Source: an uncultured Acidimicrobiia bacterium (GTDB lineage: Bacteria > Acidobacteriota > Terriglobia > Versatilivoradales > Versatilivoraceae). Taken from it: 64,000 nt of DNA. The notes beneath the pieces were generated by a model. That model did not search any database, was not told where the DNA came from, and saw only the letters and a list, made by a program, of their open reading frames with translations. Of this stretch, positions 34,649 to 45,525 are shown piece by piece. The stretch covers positions 608,001-672,000 of the forward strand of contig CAWBAT010000006.1 of the NCBI GenBank assembly GCA_963786955.1, in the 5' to 3' direction. Both the position numbers and the translations under genes were made by a program. Position 1 is the stretch's first letter; each line of letters begins with the position of its first letter.

Positions 34649-35236
34649 ATGTTTATTAAGAGGAAATACCAACTGGTTCTGGTGGGAGTTTTATTAGCCT
34701 CTCCCATGAGCCTTTTTGCGCAGACAAAAATCGGGCTTTTAAATGTCATGAGGGTGATGGCGGAGTGCACTGAAGGAAAGCAGGTTTTGGGAGAATTTCA
34801 GAAAAAAGTGGAAGCCAAGAAGGTCGAACTCGAGAAGAAGAATAATGAGATCCAGGAACTCCAGAAACAGTTGCAGAGTCAGGCGCGGACATTAAATGAT
34901 GAATCCCGTGCTGCCTTGGCCAAGAATATTGAAACCAAGACCACAGATCTGCAGCGTTCCCAGGATGATGCCCAGAAAGAGTTTGGCGCGATGCAAAATG
35001 AGATTTTGGGTCGTCTCGGAACCAAGATAGCGCCTGTTGTTCAGCAGTTCGCCAAGGACAACAGCTTTGCAATCGTCGTTGACGCCTCCAACCAGAATAG
35101 TCAGGTCATTTATTTCGATCCATCCATCGACGTGACCGACGAGATTATTAAGAAGGTGGATGCCAGTCAGGCTGCGGCCCCTACCCCTGTTCCTGCGGCG
35201 GTCCCCACGACCCCTGCGGCCAACAAGCCGAAATAA
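34649..35236 (+). CDS. skp: OmpH/Skp periplasmic chaperone
   Basis: Signal peptide, KIGLLN, coiled coil, DVTDEII. Confidence 0.9.
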   Translation: MFIKRKYQLVLVGVLLASPMSLFAQTKIGLLNVMRVMAECTEGKQVLGEFQKKVEAKKVELEKKNNEIQELQKQLQSQARTLNDESRAALAKNIETKTTDLQRSQDDAQKEFGAMQNEILGRLGTKIAPVVQQFAKDNSFAIVVDASNQNSQVIYFDPSIDVTDEIIKKVDASQAAAPTPVPAAVPTTPAANKPK

Positions 35237-35264
35237 GATTCCGATCCTCCTCTGGGTATAGCTG

Positions 35265-35312
35265 CCTCCCCCGTGCAGCTCTCAAATGCAGCACGGGGAA
35301 GGTTCGGGTTTT
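35265..35312 (+). terminator. Hairpin after skp
   Basis: cctcccccgtgc...gcacggggaagg stem with an interrupted T tract. Confidence 0.4.
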
Positions 35313-35331
35313 CCAAAGCCTCTCTGATCTT

Positions 35332-35793
35332 ATGCCTCCACTCCAACGAGTTCCCCCCTCCACTCATTCAACCGGACAGTGGGTCGACACAGAAGTACGT
35401 GTTCGCTATGCGGAAACAGATCAGATGGGCGTTGCATACTATGCCAATTATCTGGTCTGGTTCGAAGTCGGCCGCGGGGAACTCTGTCGCCAGCGCGGCT
35501 TCGTCTACCGGGATTTTGAGAAGGAAGAAGATGCTCATTTGGCCGTGGTTGAGGCCCAGTGCCGCTACCATAGCCCCGCTCGCTATGACGACCTGTTGAT
35601 CATTCGCACCCGCATCCAGGAGTTCCGCACAAAAACCGTACGCTTTGAGTACGAAATTGTGAGGAAGGAAGATAACGCCCGGATTGCCACGGGAAGGACA
35701 TTGCATGTCATCCTGGACAAGAAAGGGAAGATGAAGTCTTTCCCGCCCGATTACGCCCATTTTCTCAGACCTGAGATCAGCGAGAGGAGGTAA
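35332..35793 (+). CDS. YbgC/FadM-type acyl-CoA thioesterase
   Basis: VRYAETDQMGVAYYANYLVWFEVGR. Confidence 0.92.
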   Translation: MPPLQRVPPSTHSTGQWVDTEVRVRYAETDQMGVAYYANYLVWFEVGRGELCRQRGFVYRDFEKEEDAHLAVVEAQCRYHSPARYDDLLIIRTRIQEFRTKTVRFEYEIVRKEDNARIATGRTLHVILDKKGKMKSFPPDYAHFLRPEISERR

Positions 35794-35870
35794 GCACCGA
35801 ATTTGTGCCCCTCACTGGCACCCCCTTTGCTTCCCTGCCCCGATCTGTGATAATTGAAGGGCAAGTTTCC

Positions 35871-37391
35871 ATGACATCTACACTCTCCATTACCGGCAAT
35901 GACCTGACGATCCGAGATTTCTCTCGAGTTGCGTTCGAAGATCTACCCGTTGCCTTATCGCCAAACGCAAAGCGAAGAATGGAAATGGCTCTACGTTTAG
36001 TCCAGCAAGTTGCTCAGCAGGATCAACCCGTCTACGGCGTTAACACGGGCTTTGGAAAATTCAGCGACGTTCCGATCGGTGCCCGAAAAATTGCATCCTT
36101 GCAACTGAATCTGCTTCGGAGCCACGCTTGCGGAGTGGGTGCGCCGCTCTCAAAAGTGGAAACGCGTGGGATGATGCTCTGTCGCGCCAATGTGTTGGCA
36201 AAAGGCTACTCCGGATGCCGTCCTGAGGTGGCAATACAGTTGATTGAAATGCTCAATCGCCAAATCCATCCACTGATCCCCTCTCAGGGGTCTGTAGGCG
36301 CCAGTGGGGATCTGGCCCCCCTCGCCCATCTGGCATTGGTTCTTGTTGGGGAAGGCGAAGCAATGATCGGGTCACGTCGTATGACGGGCGGCACAGCCTT
36401 AAGAAAAGCCCAATTGAAACCGTTGAAACTTGGCCCTAAGGAAGGGATTTCTCTCCTCAACGGGACCCAGGCTATGCTGAGCCTCGGGATACTGTCTTTG
36501 CTTTCCGCCGAAAGACTCGCCAATACCGCAGACGTTGCAACCGCTCTCTCTTTGGATGCACTCAAGGGCACCCCCGTCGCTTTCGACAAAAAAATCCAGG
36601 AGTTGCGGCCCTTCCCCGGCCAGATCACCAGTGCTGCCAACTTGCGCCGACTCATGGAGGGAAGTCAGATTCGCCAATCCCATCTCAGCTGCGGAAAGGT
36701 GCAGGATGCCTACAGCTTGCGTTGCGCTCCGCAGGTGCACGGCGCGATTCGTGACACACTCGTCTTTGCGCGAAGGACTTTTGAGATTGAGCTAAACGCC
36801 GCCACCGACAATCCCTTGGTTTTCTCCCAAGAAAAGGCCATCCTCTCGGGTGGAAATTTTCATGGCCAACCGCTAGCGATGGCGCTGGATTTCATGTCCA
36901 TTGCGCTAGCGGAATTGGGAAGCATCTCCGAACGGCGAATCGAGCGTCTCATCAATCCAGAATATGGCGATCTCCCTCCATTTCTGACTAACGATCCCGG
37001 AGTTAATTCCGGACTAATGATGCTCCAGGTCACCGCGGCTGCTTTGACGTCCGAATGCAAGGTCCTCGCCCACCCCGCTTCGGTCGACTCCATTCCAACC
37101 TCGGGTAATAAAGAAGACCATGTCAGTATGGGAATGGGTGCAGCGTTGAAACTCCGACAAGTCCTGCAAAATGTGAGACGCATCCTTGCCATTGAACTTC
37201 TTTGTGGTGCCCAGGGAATCGATCTCCTAGCGCCACTGAAACCGGGATGGGGAGCCCGGAAAGCCCATCAGTTAGTTCGCTCTGTATCGGTCCATGTAGG
37301 CAGAGATCGTTCATTGTCCTCAGACATCGAAAAACTAAGTAAAATGATCGAGGAAGGACATTTTGCTGACATCCTCTCAAGACTGAGATAA
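35871..37391 (+). CDS. hutH: Histidine ammonia-lyase
   Basis: YGVNTGFG, SVGASGDLAPL (MIO), QDAYSLRC, GGNFHG, EDHVSMG. Confidence 0.97.
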   Translation: MTSTLSITGNDLTIRDFSRVAFEDLPVALSPNAKRRMEMALRLVQQVAQQDQPVYGVNTGFGKFSDVPIGARKIASLQLNLLRSHACGVGAPLSKVETRGMMLCRANVLAKGYSGCRPEVAIQLIEMLNRQIHPLIPSQGSVGASGDLAPLAHLALVLVGEGEAMIGSRRMTGGTALRKAQLKPLKLGPKEGISLLNGTQAMLSLGILSLLSAERLANTADVATALSLDALKGTPVAFDKKIQELRPFPGQITSAANLRRLMEGSQIRQSHLSCGKVQDAYSLRCAPQVHGAIRDTLVFARRTFEIELNAATDNPLVFSQEKAILSGGNFHGQPLAMALDFMSIALAELGSISERRIERLINPEYGDLPPFLTNDPGVNSGLMMLQVTAAALTSECKVLAHPASVDSIPTSGNKEDHVSMGMGAALKLRQVLQNVRRILAIELLCGAQGIDLLAPLKPGWGARKAHQLVRSVSVHVGRDRSLSSDIEKLSKMIEEGHFADILSRLR

Positions 37392-37544
37392 AACTCGGTC
37401 GGGGGCTGTTTCCCTATTTCGCCTTTCATTTTTCCACTCTTCCTCGGTTAGAGGCTATTCGTCATCGGGTTTAATTCACTGGAATTCGGAATTTGCAGTC
37501 AACGTTGAAGAGAAATCCATTTTAACAACGGTTTGAAAAGAGTG

Positions 37545-39215
37545 ATGAGTTCTTATCAGCCCATCAAAGCACCGCGGGGATCTCAATGTAGTTGCAAGAG
37601 TTGGCACCAGGAAGCGGCCATGCGGATGCTCATGAATAACCTCGATGAGGAGGTGGCCGAGAATCCTTCCCAGCTCATTGTTTATGGAGGAACAGGAAAA
37701 GCTGCGCGCAATTGGGAGTGCTTTGAAGCGATCATCCAGACCCTCCAATCCTTGGATAATGACGAGACCCTTTGCGTTCAATCCGGAAAACCCGTGGGAG
37801 TCTTTAAGACCCATGAATATGCACCGAGAGTCCTCATCGCCAATTCCAATCTCGTAGGACACTGGGCCCATTGGGATGAATTTCGACGCCTGGAAGCCCT
37901 CGGCTTAATCATGTATGGCCAAATGACGGCGGGAAGCTGGATCTATATCGGTTCTCAGGGTATTGTTCAGGGAACTTACGAGACTTTCGCGGAAGCAGCC
38001 CGTCAGCATTTCGGAGAAAGTTTGCAGGGCCGGCTTGTGGTCTCTGGAGGCATGGGCGGGATGGGGGGTGCCCAGCCGTTAGCAGCCACTATGAATGGGG
38101 CCGTTTTCTTGGGCATTGACGTGGACCCGCAAAGAATCCAGAGGCGGGTTCGAACTGGTTATTGCGACTTGATGGCGGAAAGTTTCGACGACGCTGTGCG
38201 CCTGGCTGAAGATGCTCGTCGCGGCGGGACGAGCGCTTTCGATCGGTCTGGTTGGAAATTGCGCTGATGTCCTGCCGGAGCTCGTTCGCCGTGGGGTCGT
38301 TCCCGATCTTCTCACCGACCAGACTAGCGCCCATGATCCTTTAAACGGTTATGTGCCCCGCGGCTTTCTCGCTCGAGGATGCCCAGCGGCTCAGGCAGAA
38401 AAATCCTAAAGAGTATGTGAAGCAGTCGATGATCTCGATCGCGATCCACGTCCAGGCAATGCTCGAGTTGAAGAAGGAGGGAGCTGTAACCTTTGACTAC
38501 GGGAATAATATTCGTACATTCGCATACGAAGCTGGAGTCAAGAATGCCTACGACTTTCCAGGTTTTATCCCGGCTTACATCCGCCCCCTTTTTTGTCAAG
38601 GTCGTGGACCGTTTCGGTGGGTCGCTCTTTCCGGAGACCCTCAAGATATTGCTATTACGGACAAATTGGTTCTGGAGCTTTTCCCACAAGATGAAGTCCT
38701 TGAGCGCTGGATTCATTTGGCGGAAAAGAGAATTGCTTTCCAGGGATTACCGGCCAGAATTTGTTGGCTGGGATACGGCCAGCGGTCGGAATTCGGAGAG
38801 CGAATAAACGCTTTGGTGGCATCCGGGACCCTTAAGGCGCCCATCGTGATCGGAAGAGATCATCTCGACTGCGGGTCGGTGGCCTCGCCTTTCCGTGAAA
38901 CGGAAGCGATGCTGGACGGGAGTGATTCTATTGCCGACTGGCCAATCTTAAACGCGCTCTTAAATACCGCTTCGGGAGCCAGCTGGGTCTCCTTCCATCA
39001 CGGAGGAGGTGTGGGCATCGGGTATTCGCTTCACGCCGGACAGGTCACAGTGGCCGACGGCTCCCCTGAAATGACGCAGCGGATCCGGTCGCGTTCTCAA
39101 TAATGATCCTGGACTCGGCATTGCTCGACACGCCGATGCGGGTTACCCGGATGCTGTCGAGACGGCAAAACGACATCAATTGAAACTACCGATGATCCCC
39201 GTCCAGAAAAGATAA
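37545..39215 (+). CDS. hutU: Urocanate hydratase (frameshifted)
   Basis: [49 protein letters not shown]. Confidence 0.97.
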
Positions 39216-39228
39216 AGGATTTTGACCC

Positions 39229-39393
39229 TCAGCTTTTCTTGGAAGTCACAGCGAAAAACACAGCGTACTGCTGTTCAGTTTTTCTGCTCCCACACTTCGG
39301 ACATTTGACTTTAGTCTTGTCGTGGTCAGAGACTGTCAAAGTCAAGGAAAATTTCTTGTGGCAATCGAGACATTTATATTCGTAGGCGGGCAT
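39229..39393 (-). CDS. FmdB family zinc-ribbon protein (54 aa, absent from ORF track)
   Basis: MPAYEYKCLDC...KCPKCGS...TSKKS*; AGGAGG RBS upstream. Confidence 0.88.
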   Translation of the reverse strand: MPAYEYKCLDCHKKFSLTLTVSDHDKTKVKCPKCGSRKTEQQYAVFFAVTSKKS

Positions 39394-39456
39394 GACACAG
39401 TCCTCCTTTTTGACAGTACTATACTTCTAATCTAAGCAAACCCTTATCCCTAGTCA

Positions 39457-40796
39457 ATGGCCATGGACCTCCTGATTTCACCCTGCACTCAACTCCTTAC
39501 ACTGAAGCTGGTTCTTCTTCTCCACGCAAAGGCCCAAGCCAGGCAGAGCTGCCGATGATTCCCAACGGAGCCGTTCTGGTTGCGGATCAAAAAATCCAGC
39601 AGGTCGGGACAGCCAAGGAATTGGAAGCATCTTTGCGGGGAACTTCCGTGAAGATAATCTCTGCAGAAAGCCGGGTGGTGATGCCCGGTTTTGTAGATAG
39701 TCATGCCCATCCCATCTTCGTTCTGCCTCGAGAGCGGGATTATGAATTGAGAATCCGTGGAAAAACTTACCGGGAAATTGCCGAACAGGGAGGCGGGATT
39801 CTGAGCAGTGTTCGAGCCGTTCGAAATTCAAGCCTCCAGCTTCTCCTGGAAATCTCCAAGGCCCGTCTGGGCCGCTTTATCGAGCATGGGACAACGACCC
39901 TCGAATGCAAGAGCGGCTATGGTCTGGATCTGGAAAATGAAATCAAGATCCTCGAAGTGATTCGCGCGTTAAGGCATCAACCCCAATCAGACTGATTCCG
40001 ACATTTCCTCGGAGCTCATGAAATTCCGGAGGAATATCAATCTCGAAAAGAAGACTACATCCAGTTGGTCAGCGAGGTGATGATTCCGGAAATTGCCTCC
40101 AGGCGTTTGGCCGTGTTCTGTGACTGCTTCGTTGAAGAACATATTTTCCCGGTCCAGTCGGCCAGAACGATCTTTGAATCTGCCCGGGCTCACGGATTAA
40201 AGATTAAGTTGCATGCCGATCAACTCAGGCGGAGTGGAGCGACTTTACTCGGTATTGAAATGAATGCGATTTCCATTGATCATTTGGAACAGATCGATGA
40301 GCAAGACATCCAGGCACTGGCAAATTCCAGTGCAATTGCCACTTTGCTGCCCGGATCGGTTTTTCACTTGGGGGCCCATCCCTATCCTCCCGCCCGGTCG
40401 CTCATCGACGCGGGCGTGCCAGTGGCTCTGGCGACGGATTTCAACCCAGGAACCTCACCGACCACCAATCTGCAGATGATCCTGTCGATCGCTTGCACAC
40501 AAATGCGGATGACGCCGGCCGAAACCATTGTGGCAGCCACTTTGAACGGGGCTCATGCCCTCGGCATGGCCCATGAGATTGGTTCCATCGAGGTCGGGAA
40601 ACAAGCCGACCTTTGCATTATGGACGTTGCGCATTATGCTCAAATCCCTTACTTTTTCGGCATGAATCACTGTCTGATGACGATCAAAAAAGGGGAGATC
40701 GTCTATCAGCGTGACCAGAATAAATTCCGAAAGCAAAGAGTTGAGAGGGAGAATGGCCATGAACAACATTGTGGAATGTGTGCCCAACTTCAGTGA
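39457..40796 (+). CDS. hutI: Imidazolonepropionase (frameshifted)
   Basis: PGFVDSHAH, GGGILSSV, ECKSGYGL, HADQL, ALATDFNPG. Confidence 0.95.
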
Positions 40797-42282
40797 GGGC
40801 AGGAATCGAGCTGTGGTGGATGAGATTGTCGCTGCGATTCAGTCGATTTCAGGAATCTCCATTCTGGATGTCGAAATGGATGGTGACCATAACCGTTCGG
40901 TCATCACCTTCGTTGGCGAGAAGGAAAATATCGCCGAAGCGGCTTTCAAGGGAATCCACAGGGCCTCCCAGTTGATTGACCTGACAAAGCATACGGGTGT
41001 TCATCCCCGAGTCGGCGCCACCGATGTGGTGCCCTTCATCCCCATCCGGAATGTGACCATGGAGGAATGCATCGCCATCGCCCATGAAGTTGGCAAGGCG
41101 GCCGCTGAGCGTCTCTCCATCCCCGTTTATCTCTATGAAGCAGCGGCAACCCAGCCGGAAAGAGTTCAGCTTGAAAATCTCCGGAAAGGGCAATTTGAAG
41201 GATTGCGGGAGGAGATTGAAAGAAATGAGGAACGCAAGCCAGACTATGGTCCTCGACAAATACACCCGACAGCAGGAGCGACGATCATCGGTGCCAGAAA
41301 ATTCCTGATCGCTTTTAACATTAATCTCAATACTCCCGATGTCGCGATTGCTAAACGAATCGCCCGATCGATTCGTACCTCAAGTGGTGGAATGCCCTAT
41401 GTCAAAGCCATGGGCGTTGAGCTTAAAACTCGAAACATGGCACAGGTCTCCATGAACTTAACGGATTTTGAGCAGACTCCAGTTCACCGAGTCTTTGAAC
41501 AAGTCAAGATGGAGGCAGAACGCAGCGGAACGACTATTTCCGGAAGTGAAATCGTCGGTTTGATTCCCTCGAAAGCCATTGAGCTGGCTGCGGAATATTA
41601 CCTTCAGTTTGAAAACTTCTCTCCTGAATTGATTCTCGAGAATCGTCTCAACACAGCCTTAGAGACCCGAAAAGATCTCGGCGCACTCACCGTGCCACAA
41701 TTCATCGAATCCGTCGCAAAAACGGAGACCGTACCTGGAGGAGGCAGTGTTTCGGCACTCGCAGGAGCTCTGGCTGCGGCATTAGGCAAGATGACCATCG
41801 GGTTCACATTGAGCAAAAAAAAATACGAAGCCCACCGCGAGTTGCTCGAGAATGAGTTAAAATCGCTGGAAGTATTTGTGCCGGCATTGCAGCAGGCTGT
41901 TAAAGAAGATTCGAAGGCTTACAGTGAAGTCATGATCGCGCTGCAGATGCCCAAAGAGACTGCAGCCGAAAAAGACCTCCGGGATCAAAGACTCAATGAG
42001 ACATTAACTCAGGCGACTTTGATACCTCTCCATGTTGCGGATCAAACCTGCGCGGTCCTGAAAATCCTGCGGAGTCTGAAAGACCATTCTAATCCACATT
42101 TGGACTCTGATCTGAAAGTGGGCATCTGGGTGGGAATTGCTGCGGTCAAAGGCGCCCTGGAAAATGTCTGGACCAATCTCGCCAGTCTACCAAAGACTGA
42201 GCAATATGAAAAAATCAAACTTCAGGCGGACGATCTGAACCGGTTTATCGATGAGTTATATGCTGCAAACAGGCAATCTTAA
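40753..42282 (+). CDS. ftcD: Bifunctional glutamate formiminotransferase / formiminotetrahydrofolate cyclodeaminase
   Basis: ECVPNFSEGR, DHNRSV, HPRVGATDVVPF, QVSMNL; C-terminal PGGGSVSALAGAL domain. Confidence 0.93.
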   Translation: MAMNNIVECVPNFSEGRNRAVVDEIVAAIQSISGISILDVEMDGDHNRSVITFVGEKENIAEAAFKGIHRASQLIDLTKHTGVHPRVGATDVVPFIPIRNVTMEECIAIAHEVGKAAAERLSIPVYLYEAAATQPERVQLENLRKGQFEGLREEIERNEERKPDYGPRQIHPTAGATIIGARKFLIAFNINLNTPDVAIAKRIARSIRTSSGGMPYVKAMGVELKTRNMAQVSMNLTDFEQTPVHRVFEQVKMEAERSGTTISGSEIVGLIPSKAIELAAEYYLQFENFSPELILENRLNTALETRKDLGALTVPQFIESVAKTETVPGGGSVSALAGALAAALGKMTIGFTLSKKKYEAHRELLENELKSLEVFVPALQQAVKEDSKAYSEVMIALQMPKETAAEKDLRDQRLNETLTQATLIPLHVADQTCAVLKILRSLKDHSNPHLDSDLKVGIWVGIAAVKGALENVWTNLASLPKTEQYEKIKLQADDLNRFIDELYAANRQS

Positions 42283-42333
42283 AGTATTCTACGCCACACA
42301 AGATACACTAAAGCAGGACGAGATCCACGCTCC

Positions 42334-42976
42334 TAAGTAGTGCATTTCATAAATACGGTCACGTTAACGCCGCTCGGTTACCCAGCCTGCAACTTTGTAG
42401 GCCGCCTGCAGTTTGGACATTTATGAAGCGGCAGGAGGTCGATTCCTCCTTCGAGAGCCCCTATCGGGGCGTTGGATTCTAGCCCAGGGCGCCGCCAGCG
42501 CCAGAAGCCGCTGCGGCCGCCCTGGGTCAGCGTTCCCACGAGTTCCTACCCTCTCCCCCAACACCTTTTCCGTGTTGGGGGAGAGGGCGAGGGTGAGGGG
42601 GCCAGAAGGTGTCGACGTCGAAGACTCACACTTCGTTCCGACAAACACTGCAACAACAACGAAACCCTTGATTCAGGATTTGGCAACGAATGCCCCCCAC
42701 TCCCCAACCTCTCCCCCCGAATCGCCGAAAGGCTGGCAATTCGGGGGGAGAGGAGGTAATATTGGTTGAAATGCCGACCCAGGGCGGCGCGAGGAGCTCC
42801 TGCTCCTCGCTGGCCCTGGGCTAAAATTCTCTCGCCCTCAGGGCACTCACGGCAAGCAGCGGCATCCTACCGCTGCATTTTCTCGAAAAATGTCCAATCT
42901 CCGCGCGGCCAACAAAATTGTAGGCCGTGCCACCGACCAGGTGCTAACGTCACTATAATTCTGAATAGCAATACTA
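42334..42976. mobile_element. Nested composite palindromic element (family B > GTAG REP > family A > inner palindromes)
   Basis: Outer ends taagtagtgcatttcataaatac / ataattctgaatagcaatacta; family A ends 42406-42422 and 42888-42904; inner inverted arms. Confidence 0.8.
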
Positions 42977-43538
42977 AGTTTCGAGGCAATGCTTCATCAA
43001 CAAGTTATACTCGATTGCGGCAATTTGCTGGATCAGACCGAGATCCTTGAAGCGTCCTTGATCCCCTTCTTCGCACAGATCCACCAACCATTGCGGTTCC
43101 CATTCCGAAACCGAACGCAATCTCTTAAGAAGCTCCTGCTGACTCGTGCTGGTCGGTTTAAGAGACTTCACGGCATTCAATAGATCCGGAAATATGGCAT
43201 GTCTTCCGACTCGTCGAAACCAATACATCGAATTGCTGAAATCCCCTTCGCTCCGATGCATCAGACCGTGCCAATAGGATCCCTCCCCCGTACGAATCCC
43301 TTGCGCGATGACATGGGATTCTTCGAGGAATCCATGAAGCCAGCATGCTCCTGATCGGATGAGATCCACGTTCCTACCTGCTAAAAATGAATTCCCATCC
43401 AATGACTGGATCTGTTGAAGAACATTGGCGCTGCCTCGTCCCGGTTTGACGGGAACCGGCAGGCCCTGTGGAGCGGGATAACAAAATTCAATTCTTCTCT
43501 AAATCAGGCCTGCTAGCTTGCTGGGGTTGGTCAGCCAT
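42974..43538 (-). CDS. Conserved hypothetical protein (frameshifted)
   Basis: SHVIAQ..GSYWHGLMHRSEGDFSNSMYWFRRVG.H pattern; AGGAG RBS before ATG 43538. Confidence 0.75.
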
Positions 43539-43818
43539 CTAAACTCTCCTTTCTAATGACCTATGCTATGATTGCGCTCTTAATCCTGGGGGGTCTTGGG
43601 TATTGGTGGCATCCGCCTGAGGTATGGGTTGCCGCAAACAGCCTGCTCTCGGCGGTAATGGTGAATTTCTCCTCACCATGAATCGGTTGGGTACCTTGGA
43701 AGGAGAGCACCGGTTCTCGACGCAACGATCATAACTATTCGCCAGAACAATCCAAATCACAAAATATTTCGAAGTGGCGGGTCAGCGACCACCAGACCGA
43801 ATTACATTGTAGATATCG

Positions 43819-44955
43819 ATGGCAGCATTTATGAAATGGATCAAAGTGTTTCTGGTTCCGGAAAATTCACTCTATATCCTTCTTCTATTTCTCCCGATTG
43901 CCTTTTATCTTGAGGCTTCACACGCTTCCCCGGTCTCCATTTTCACGACCTCCTGCCTGGCAGTGATTCCTTTGGCTGGTCTCATGGGCAAGTCAACAGA
44001 ACATCTGGCTGAGCGAGTGGGGGCAGGAATAGGAGGACTTCTCAATGCAACCTTTGGAAATGCCGCAGAATTGATTATCGCGGGGGTTGCACTGCACAAG
44101 GGATTGCATAGCGTCGTCAAAGCATCCATTACCGGGTCGATTATCGGAAATGTCCTACTGGTTCTGGGTCTCAGTATTCTGGCGGGAGGATTTAAGTATC
44201 CTCGTCAGAAGTTCAATCGTACCACCGCGGGTCTAAATTCAACTCTCTTGGCGCTGAGTGTTGTCGCCCTCATTGTTCCGGCCCTTTTTCACTGGATTGC
44301 CGATGAAAAAATTCGCAGCGGCACCCTAACAGGATTGCAAGAATTAAAACTCGAGAGAGACCTTAGCCTTGAAATTTCGATTATTTTGGTTTTTGTCTAC
44401 CTGCTAAGCCTCTTGTTCTCGTTGCGAACTCACCGGGGGCTATATGCTGGGGAAACGATCCATCCCTCTCCTCCGTCCACATCAAAAATGGGGTGGAGTC
44501 TGACGATGTCATCTGTTGTCCTTTTGCTCTCAACCCTCGGGGTTGCGGTCGTCAGCGAGTTTCTGGTAGGTGCGGTTCAAGCGACTGCAATGGCCTGGGG
44601 AATGTCGGAAGTTTTTGTTGGAGTCATCGTTGTTGCCATCATCGGCAATGCCGCCGAACACAGCACCGCCGTTCTGATGGCCCTTAAGAATAAAATGGAT
44701 CTCGCCATTAATATTTCCGTTGGATCAAGCATCCAAGTTGCTTTGTTTGTTGCACCTGTACTTGTTTTCTTAAGCTATATTTTTAAGAATCCAATGGACC
44801 TTCGATTCACTCCGTTTGAAGTCTTATCTGTAAGCATTTCTGCCGCGGTCGTCAATTTGGTCGCGCAAGATGGAAATTCGCATTGGATGGAAGGCGTCTT
44901 GCTTTTGGCGGTCTACCTGGTCATCGGCATAGCTTTTTTCCTCCTCCCTGCATAA
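43819..44955 (+). CDS. cax: Ca2+/H+ antiporter (CAX/ChaA family)
   Basis: [32 protein letters not shown]. Confidence 0.95.
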   Translation: MAAFMKWIKVFLVPENSLYILLLFLPIAFYLEASHASPVSIFTTSCLAVIPLAGLMGKSTEHLAERVGAGIGGLLNATFGNAAELIIAGVALHKGLHSVVKASITGSIIGNVLLVLGLSILAGGFKYPRQKFNRTTAGLNSTLLALSVVALIVPALFHWIADEKIRSGTLTGLQELKLERDLSLEISIILVFVYLLSLLFSLRTHRGLYAGETIHPSPPSTSKMGWSLTMSSVVLLLSTLGVAVVSEFLVGAVQATAMAWGMSEVFVGVIVVAIIGNAAEHSTAVLMALKNKMDLAINISVGSSIQVALFVAPVLVFLSYIFKNPMDLRFTPFEVLSVSISAAVVNLVAQDGNSHWMEGVLLLAVYLVIGIAFFLLPA

Positions 44956-45141
44956 GAAGAAGGGTATTGCTTCACCTTTCCGATTTCCTTTGATGTAATA
45001 GAAAGCCATTAACCCCTACCTTCCTCAACGGGATTCTCTCACTCTTTAGTATTACCCCTATTTTCGCATTAAAATTCAATACATTAGGCGATTGTTTACT
45101 TTTGAATTTGGCCGAAAATTATAGATGTCTAGGAGGGAACT

Positions 45142-45435
45142 ATGGGACCAAAAGCCATCATGGATCACTCAGAAGTTCTCGTAGCCGGAAAGGATATGTT
45201 TGGCGTTCCTTTTCATGAAAGGGCCGAGCTTATCGAACTTTCCAAAGATGAACTTTCTTTCTCCATTTTCCGCCCAATCGCGGAGAACCTAGATTTGCGG
45301 ATTAACTTTCATCCCAACCCGGGGCAAACCGAATTTTGGGTTGAGGGAATCGTTTCAAAAGTGAAGTTTCGCTTGGATGGAAAGCAAACGGTCGAAATGA
45401 AAGTCAAACGAGAAGAGAACCGCCTCGCCTCATAG
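45142..45435 (+). CDS. Small beta-rich hypothetical protein, possibly PilZ-like
   Basis: Strong AGGAGG RBS; VAGKDMFGVPFHE; no RxxxR motif. Confidence 0.55.
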   Translation: MGPKAIMDHSEVLVAGKDMFGVPFHERAELIELSKDELSFSIFRPIAENLDLRINFHPNPGQTEFWVEGIVSKVKFRLDGKQTVEMKVKREENRLAS

Positions 45436-45525
45436 ATTCCTGAACCCCTGGCAAGTTACCCACATAAACAAAAAAAGGCCTCCGTGTTCGGACCACTGTC
45501 ATCTCCATTTGGCATTGCCGAAGGT

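Noticed and set aside
42413-43050. Several short ORFs within the nested element as a possible transposase
   Set aside because: No HUH/Y1 or DDE motifs; GC-rich palindrome open frames
43666-43679. 14 bp match (atggtgaggagaaa) to 59878-59891
   Set aside because: Exact matches of this length are expected by chance in 64 kb, and the flanks do not align
45092-45118. Second sigma28 promoter before the PilZ-like gene
   Set aside because: GCCGAAAA resembles the -10 box, but there is no TAAA -35 at the right spacing
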